DNA of 64,000 nucleotides from Candidatus Collierbacteria bacterium (GTDB lineage Bacteria; Patescibacteriota; Microgenomatia; UBA1400; JACPES01): NCBI GenBank assembly GCA_016219325.1, contig JACRNH010000003.1, positions 45,123 to 109,122 of the forward strand, read 5' to 3'. Shown piece by piece: positions 58,808 to 64,000 of this stretch (position 1 is its first letter; each line of letters starts with the position of its first letter). The notes under the pieces were generated by a model. It saw only the letters and a program-made list of their open reading frames with translations, ran no database searches and was not told where the DNA came from. The position numbers and the translations under genes were made by a program.

Positions 58808-60676
58808 ATGCAGAAATCAATCTCAAAATTCTTTTTTGTACTTTCTTTTACCTTTTTGTACCTTTTTGTACCTTCTGCGGTTTTTGCCTCCTCCGATTTC
58901 TCCACTTCCTTCAACTCAACCTACGAAATCAGGGAAAATATTTCCGCCCATGCCGCTCATCAAGTTTCTCTGACTAATCTTAAAGAGAATACGTACGCTT
59001 CTGAATTTAGCCTGATCATCGGCAGTACTAATATTGACTCCATCACAGCCCGAGACCATTACGGATTACTTCCTGTGGCGGTAAATTCCAGAGATAACGG
59101 AGTGGCGGTGACAGTCAATCTGAAATCAAGGCCGGCTCTTGGAGTTAACCAAACGAAAGAATTTGTAATCCGTTACGAAAGCCGCGATACTGTCCAAAAG
59201 GTTGGAAGAATCATTGAAATTAACATTCCTAAACTTACCGGCTCCAGAGAATTCAATTCTTTTTCCACCAATTTACTGGTGCCGGTAAGTTTTGACGAGC
59301 CTTCAATTATGGTTCCTGAACCGACGAATAAAACCTCAACCAGTAAATTTTCTAACTATGTATTTGATAGAAACGACGAAACTGGAATCTCGGCTGTTTT
59401 CGGCCAATCCCAAACCTTTGCGGTCAAACTTCAATATTTTTTGGAAAACCCGGAAGACGGCCAGGAAATGAACCAAATTGCCCTTCCACCGGATACTGCT
59501 TATCAAAAGATCAATATTCAAAAAATAAATCCTAAACCCAAAAGCATTGAGGCCGACGCGGACGGTAATTGGCTGGCATGGTATAAATTAGCGCCAAAAC
59601 AAAAAGTTACTGTTGAGGTGGATTTATCCATTGAATTGACCATGACGCCCTTTTCTTTTGGATATGCGGTTCCCTTGCCTGATCATTTAAAATCTACCAG
59701 ATATTGGCAAGCGGATGATCCGGAGATAGCAGCCTTGGCCGGAAAATTAAAAACACCGCGCCAAATATATGATTATGTTGTCTCCAATTTGACTTATGAT
59801 TATGAAAGAGCCGGGAAAAGCGGTGAGAGAAAAGGCGCCAAATTTGCCCTTTCTAATCCTAATTCTGCTATTTGCACCGAATTCACAGATCTTTTTGTGG
59901 CATTAGCTCGGGCAGCCGGAATTCCGGCCCGTGAACTTGAAGGTTTTGCCTGGACTGAAAATCCCAAGCTCCGGCCGCTGTCATTATCTTCGGATATCTT
60001 GCACGCGTGGCCTGAATATTGGGATAAAGATAAGAATGTGTGGGTGCAAATTGACCCGACTTGGGGAAATACCAGCGGAAATATAGATTATTTTTCAAAA
60101 CTGGATTTTAACCATATTGTTTTTGCCATTCACGGTAGGTCTGACGTTTCTCCTCTTTCCGCCGGATTTTATAAAACCAACGATGATCAAAAAAAAACTG
60201 TCAGGGTGGAGCCAAGGAACGTCAGGTTAAGTTTCGATCAGGGTCCAGAAGTAAAAATTATTGTTCCGAATATTATGCCTACCTATAAATTTAACCCTAT
60301 TTCCGTTAAATTTTCAAATTCACCTTCATACGGCGTTTACGGTATTCCGGTTTCGGTTGAGTCACCGGAATCAAAAATAAGTTCTGCCGGAATAGTGTCT
60401 GTTAATCTATTGCCTTTTGAAAACAAAGAAGTAGAAATTAAAATCAAGCCCAAAAACTTTTGGCGGTCCGGCCCAATTCCGGTAACAGTTAAAATAGGAT
60501 CTAAGATTTATGAGTATAGGCCAAAAGGAGTTTCTCCTCTTAAACCAATCATTGGAATTCTTATTGGAACCGCTGCGATCTCCGGCGTTCTCTTTGCTGC
60601 CGTCCGCTCCGGGAATTTACGTCTTCCTGGATTCATCGGGAATTCCGATCTATATCGGAAAATCAAAAAATCTTAA
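58808..60676 (+). CDS. Transglutaminase-like cysteine protease family protein, secreted with a C-terminal TM anchor
   Basis: Signal peptide; a Cys-His-Asp core in the transglutaminase-like arrangement (AICTEFTDLFVALARAAGIPAR ... HAWPEYW ... DPTWG); a C-terminal hydrophobic helix. Confidence 0.7.
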   Translation: MQKSISKFFFVLSFTFLYLFVPSAVFASSDFSTSFNSTYEIRENISAHAAHQVSLTNLKENTYASEFSLIIGSTNIDSITARDHYGLLPVAVNSRDNGVAVTVNLKSRPALGVNQTKEFVIRYESRDTVQKVGRIIEINIPKLTGSREFNSFSTNLLVPVSFDEPSIMVPEPTNKTSTSKFSNYVFDRNDETGISAVFGQSQTFAVKLQYFLENPEDGQEMNQIALPPDTAYQKINIQKINPKPKSIEADADGNWLAWYKLAPKQKVTVEVDLSIELTMTPFSFGYAVPLPDHLKSTRYWQADDPEIAALAGKLKTPRQIYDYVVSNLTYDYERAGKSGERKGAKFALSNPNSAICTEFTDLFVALARAAGIPARELEGFAWTENPKLRPLSLSSDILHAWPEYWDKDKNVWVQIDPTWGNTSGNIDYFSKLDFNHIVFAIHGRSDVSPLSAGFYKTNDDQKKTVRVEPRNVRLSFDQGPEVKIIVPNIMPTYKFNPISVKFSNSPSYGVYGIPVSVESPESKISSAGIVSVNLLPFENKEVEIKIKPKNFWRSGPIPVTVKIGSKIYEYRPKGVSPLKPIIGILIGTAAISGVLFAAVRSGNLRLPGFIGNSDLYRKIKKS

Positions 60677-61871
60677 AAACAGAGTTAAATCGTATTTTGC
60701 CTTAAACAAGTATTCTTCGTCCAAAACCGGTTTAATGATCGGGAAGGCTAAGACGCTAAAGGTTTTCCCGTTAAAGTCGGAATTTTTGGCTTTGCTGAAA
60801 GAAGCGGAACTTATCCGTAAATTAAAACCAAAATACAATATCAGCCTTAAGGATGATAAAACCCCAAGTTATATCGCAATTTTAAATAATAAAGATATTC
60901 CTAAAGTTGCGGTTGTCCGTCAAAATCATTTAAATCAATATAGGGAGGCGGAGATTTTCGGGCCATTTTTATCTTCAGGGGCCTTAAGAACGGTTTTGAA
61001 AATTGCCAGAAGAATTTTTCCTTATTGCGACCGGCCAACCTCGCATAAAGCGTGTTTTTATTATCATCTAAATCTTTGCCCGGGAATTTGCATTGGAAAA
61101 ATCAGTTCCGGAAACTATAAACAGCAGATTAACCGGTTAATTTTATTTTTAAGAGGCGACCATCAAAAGCTGCTGCGGCAATTGAGTTTGGAAATGAAAA
61201 GAAAATCAAAAGTGCTTGATTTTGAATCCGCATCAAAAATCCGGGACCAAATTTATGCCACAAACAATTTAAACACCGTAAATGCTTTTGGAGAATTTTC
61301 AACATTGTCTGATGTCATTGCGAGGAGTCCCGGTCAAATCGGGACGACGCGGCAATCTATTAAAGACAGATTCCCACGCTCTCTATCGTTCGCTCGGAAT
61401 GACAAAGGGATAAGAATTGAGGGTTACGACATCAGCCATCTCCAGGGGAAATGGGCCACGGCTTCAATGGTAGTGTTTCTCGGCGGAAAACCGGCTAAGG
61501 AAGAGTACCGTCAGTTCAGGGTTGAAAGTCCTCCATCGTCAGACGATCCCGGAATGTTATCCGAAACCCTAGCCAGAAGATTTCTGCATCCCGAGTGGAA
61601 TTTTCCGGATTTAATAATGATAGATGGCGGAGAGCCGCAAGTAAGAGGTATTTCTAAGTATTTCAAGAATCTTCCTGTCAAGTTGCCTAAAATGGTCGGG
61701 TTGGTTAAGGGAGAAGAAACAATTATCGTCCCGGAAAACAAGGAATATAAAAGATTAAATTTACCAAAATCGGACCCATTTTTAAAAATTCTGATGGCCA
61801 TCCGCGACGAATCCCACCGCTTTGCCAGACGCTACCATCATAAATTGCGCCTGAAGTCATTAATAGGCTAA
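60594..61871 (+). CDS. uvrC: Excinuclease ABC subunit C (short form lacking the C-terminal HhH). The start is uncertain and overlaps the upstream gene.
   Basis: GIY-YIG motif (PGIYVFLDSSGIPIYIGKSKNLKNRVKSYF), UvrC homology region and an RNase H-like endonuclease domain (RDESHRFA). The ORF track starts at 60510. A candidate TTG start at 60594 would give an 83-nt overlap. Confidence 0.75.
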   Translation: MLPSAPGIYVFLDSSGIPIYIGKSKNLKNRVKSYFALNKYSSSKTGLMIGKAKTLKVFPLKSEFLALLKEAELIRKLKPKYNISLKDDKTPSYIAILNNKDIPKVAVVRQNHLNQYREAEIFGPFLSSGALRTVLKIARRIFPYCDRPTSHKACFYYHLNLCPGICIGKISSGNYKQQINRLILFLRGDHQKLLRQLSLEMKRKSKVLDFESASKIRDQIYATNNLNTVNAFGEFSTLSDVIARSPGQIGTTRQSIKDRFPRSLSFARNDKGIRIEGYDISHLQGKWATASMVVFLGGKPAKEEYRQFRVESPPSSDDPGMLSETLARRFLHPEWNFPDLIMIDGGEPQVRGISKYFKNLPVKLPKMVGLVKGEETIIVPENKEYKRLNLPKSDPFLKILMAIRDESHRFARRYHHKLRLKSLIG

Positions 61872-62366
61872 TTTCATCTCAACATTTTCATTCGCGACTG
61901 CCGATCGGCAACCGCAAATAAAAAAATAGATTCTCGGACAAGTATTTCGATGGATGAGCTAAGAGTCATCGAACTGACAAAATGATTATAACTTCAATTA
62001 TTTTCCTGCGGAGCAGGATCAGGCTCTGCCTGAAAATAATTGAAGTATTATTTAAATCCCAGATTTATTTAACGATATCTAATCAAATAATTCTGAATAT
62101 TGAGATCAGCTCTTTAAAATGTTATCAGTGCCGCACCTTCTCAAGCGAGACAATTATCAGTTATAACCAAGGAAACACAATTTAATGAAGAGAAAAGTCA
62201 GGGTCGAAGTCTCGTCTCATACGATCCTGGTAAAGAGGAATTAAGGCTTAATATTCCTTATCAGGACAGCGATATAAAAACACCAGAAAATGCTTCGAAT
62301 AACCTATCCCATCGATTATCAAGTGCATTAGAAAAGATTCCGGGAGAAAAATACTTCACAAATTTC

Positions 62367-62756
62367 TTGACAACTCTAGATGGAGAATTCGCGTCAGGTC
62401 AGGCAGCAGAGCTATCGATGCATACTGCCCGGATAGCCATGACTATACTTTTTGCTCCTGTCACTTATGGTTTATTTTCAGCAATAGCCAATGCGCCGCG
62501 TCCCTTGGAAACAATCGGCGTTCTTGCTGCAGCGAATTTAGTAGATATAGCTAATGATTTGAAACTTGCTATTGATTTATTAAATGGAAAACATGTAGAT
62601 GAGAAAAAGGCATGGATAGCTGAATGCATAGCCGAGAATCCTTTTAGAGCTCTTTATCCAGCCTCTCTTGTCGACGAGTTTTTACTTCCAGCAACGAAAA
62701 TGCTGGCGCATAACAGCGTTACCTCGACCCAACTTCTTAGATCAAGCGAGAAATAA
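62367..62756 (+). CDS. hypothetical protein (TTG start in the ORF track; a possible internal ATG start)
   Basis: A 129-aa ORF with no motif. It follows a ~500-bp non-coding stretch that contains a stable hairpin. Confidence 0.35.
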   Translation: MTTLDGEFASGQAAELSMHTARIAMTILFAPVTYGLFSAIANAPRPLETIGVLAAANLVDIANDLKLAIDLLNGKHVDEKKAWIAECIAENPFRALYPASLVDEFLLPATKMLAHNSVTSTQLLRSSEK

Positions 62757-62797
62757 CTGTTTGCACTCCAGTCTCGAAACGGATAAAATCAACAGTA

Positions 62798-63202
62798 ATG
62801 AAAAATATTTTAAAGTCTTTTTTAATCAATGCCGTGGCTCTATACGTTTTGACGGTTATTATTCCGGCGTTTAAGATTAGCGGCGGGCTGAATTCTTTTT
62901 TGACGGCCGGAGCGACTTTGACGTTATTAAATTTATTGGTCAAGCCGATCTTGAATTTACTGCTGTTGCCGATTAATTTATTATCGCTCGGATTTTTCCG
63001 TTGGGCATCCAGCGTTTTAATTATTTGGATGCTGTCAAAATTAACTCCGGGATTGTCAATCTCAAATTACAGTTTTCAGGGATTTAACTATAACGGAGTG
63101 ATTCTTCCGGCATTGCAATTCAGTGTCCTCTGGACTCTGATCATCGGTTCGTTTATGATGTCGATTATAACCACGCTTTTGGATTGGGTCTTAAACGAAT
63201 GA
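62798..63202 (+). CDS. DUF360 / phage-holin-4-like small membrane protein
   Basis: Four-TM pattern with a duplicated ...LINAVALYVLTVIIPAF.../...LLKPILNLLLLPINLLSLGFF... arrangement typical of PF04020 (YvlD-like). Confidence 0.6.
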   Translation: MKNILKSFLINAVALYVLTVIIPAFKISGGLNSFLTAGATLTLLNLLVKPILNLLLLPINLLSLGFFRWASSVLIIWMLSKLTPGLSISNYSFQGFNYNGVILPALQFSVLWTLIIGSFMMSIITTLLDWVLNE

Positions 63203-63405
63203 TTTATTTACAAATTGTAATTTCATTACTGCTGATTATTTTAATTTTGATTCAGGGCCAATCGGGCGGCAAAGGCATTTTATGGGAATCAATGAAAACT
63301 TCTTACCATACTAAGCACGGAGCTGAAAAAATTGTTTTTTTAATGACTATTGTGATGACTGTCATATTTATTACCGCGGCCATAGCCAACTTGTTAACCG
63401 GTTAA
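63199..63405 (+). CDS. secG: Preprotein translocase subunit SecG
   Basis: Two-TM small protein with LIILILIQGQSGGKG (the SecG Q-x-GKGGG-like loop). Its ATG overlaps the upstream stop (ATGA). Confidence 0.65.
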   Translation: MIYLQIVISLLLIILILIQGQSGGKGILWESMKTSYHTKHGAEKIVFLMTIVMTVIFITAAIANLLTG

Positions 63406-63408
63406 TTT

Positions 63409-64000
63409 ATGTTTAAAAGTTTAAGGTTCGGGTGGTGGCTGACTAAAGCTTTTTTATCCCGCCACGGTAAAACTATATTTTGGGCAATTGGTTTAAGTAT
63501 TTTTTCAGCATTAATTATCCTCAAGTCACTGCCAAAAATATTGTCTGTTTTAAGGCCTATCCGGCGGACCTCAACAATTGCTTTGGTCGGTAAAGTCCAC
63601 ACCAATGAACTTCCGGCAGAAATTTTAAATAAACTCAGCTCAGGATTAACATTAATTGACGAATCCGGACGGGCTATTCCAGGGCTGGCCAAATCATGGA
63701 CTGTATCAGATGACGGTAAATCATATATTTTTACTCTTAATAAAACTAAGGTTTGGCATGACGGCGCCATTATCACTTCAAGGGATGTCAATATTGCGAT
63801 TGATCACGTCACAACAGAAATTCTAGACGATTCCTCAATCAAATTTATTCTAGAAGAACCATACGCTCCCTTTCCAACCGTTTTGGCCAAACCATTGTTT
63901 AAAAATAGACTGACAGGGACAGGTGAGTCACGCCTGAAAAAATTAAATCTTAACGGTGAATTTGTTGATAGCATCTCTATTCAAAATGGCAGTTTAACCG
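63409..64000 (+). CDS. ABC transporter substrate-binding protein, family 5 (peptide/nickel type), 3' partial at the window end
   Basis: N-terminal TM/signal, then LTLIDESGRAIPGLAKSWTVSDDGKSYIFTLNKTKVWHDGAIITSRDV, matching the SBP_bac_5 N-terminal lobe consensus. The ORF runs off the window. Confidence 0.65.
   Translation, partial: MFKSLRFGWWLTKAFLSRHGKTIFWAIGLSIFSALIILKSLPKILSVLRPIRRTSTIALVGKVHTNELPAEILNKLSSGLTLIDESGRAIPGLAKSWTVSDDGKSYIFTLNKTKVWHDGAIITSRDVNIAIDHVTTEILDDSSIKFILEEPYAPFPTVLAKPLFKNRLTGTGESRLKKLNLNGEFVDSISIQNGSLT

Noticed and set aside
63402-63791. Minus-strand ORF 63402..63791 (129 aa)
   Set aside because: The plus strand in the same region encodes an N-terminal fragment of a family-5 substrate-binding protein with clear conserved motifs that continues past the window end. 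The minus ORF is its antisense shadow.

Overview
This window is a gene-dense, low-GC bacterial chromosomal segment. Almost all of it codes for housekeeping proteins, most on the + strand with short or overlapping gene junctions. The gene content suggests a small-genome fermentative bacterium, possibly Patescibacteria/CPR-like; that placement is inference only. TGA is a normal stop codon here (e.g. the first ORF at 923 and ruvA at 33719), so the standard code applies.

Supportable features:
- Five tRNAs: Thr-CGU(-), Gly-CCC(+), Asp-GUC(-), and a Lys-UUU/Glu-UUC pair(+).
- A HEPN/MNT toxin-antitoxin pair.
- Repair and replication genes: PolX, ruvC/ruvA/ruvB, holA-like, dnaE, and a divergent lexA next to uvrB-uvrA, with uvrC two genes downstream.
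- Translation and chaperone genes: a gatC-gatA fusion, gatB, rplS, rsmI, htpX, clpB without an N-domain, and pyrG.
- An F-type ATP synthase operon atpB-E-F-A-G-D-C with no recognizable delta subunit.
- A carbon-metabolism cluster: pgm, SIS-type pgi/pmi, ppsA-like, eno, gpmI, an AMP-forming acyl-CoA synthetase, and 2-oxoacid:ferredoxin oxidoreductase alpha/gamma plus beta.
- Envelope and miscellaneous genes: Wzy-like, DUF4012, LysM, LemA, DedA, cyclophilin, cupredoxin, an ABC exporter, a transglutaminase-like protein, a DUF360 holin-like protein, secG, and a partial family-5 substrate-binding protein at the window end.

The most interesting material is repeat-related, not a single gene cassette:
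1. Short tandem or palindromic micro-repeat families occur both as intergenic hairpins and as in-frame insertions inside conserved genes. The same ~50-nt sequence is inserted in frame in uvrB and in the oxidoreductase alpha gene. A second family is shared by the Wzy-like gene and gatA. The AATGAG(T/C)AGAAA family sits in frame in PolX and also forms the intergenic hairpins after atpC and eno. This resembles the Rickettsia palindromic element behaviour.
2. An IS200/IS605-like Y1 (HUH) transposase gene lies between ruvC and ruvA, bracketed by a perfect 24-25-bp palindrome. Two more copies of that palindrome sit in frame inside the transposase gene, and one forms the C-terminal codons of ruvC.
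3. A MITE/REP-like repeat family (GTCATTCC-hairpin-GGAATCTAT...ATAGATTCC-hairpin-GGAATGAC) sits after five genes, and its hairpin stems show compensatory base changes.
4. A TrpR/YerC-like regulator gene is interrupted by an in-frame TGA at a conserved Arg position and is bracketed exactly by two copies of a 27-bp palindrome.
5. An operator-like cluster of inverted repeats lies next to an uncharacterized three-gene minus-strand stretch that includes a tandem-repeat coiled-coil protein.

I found no CRISPR array and no rRNA.
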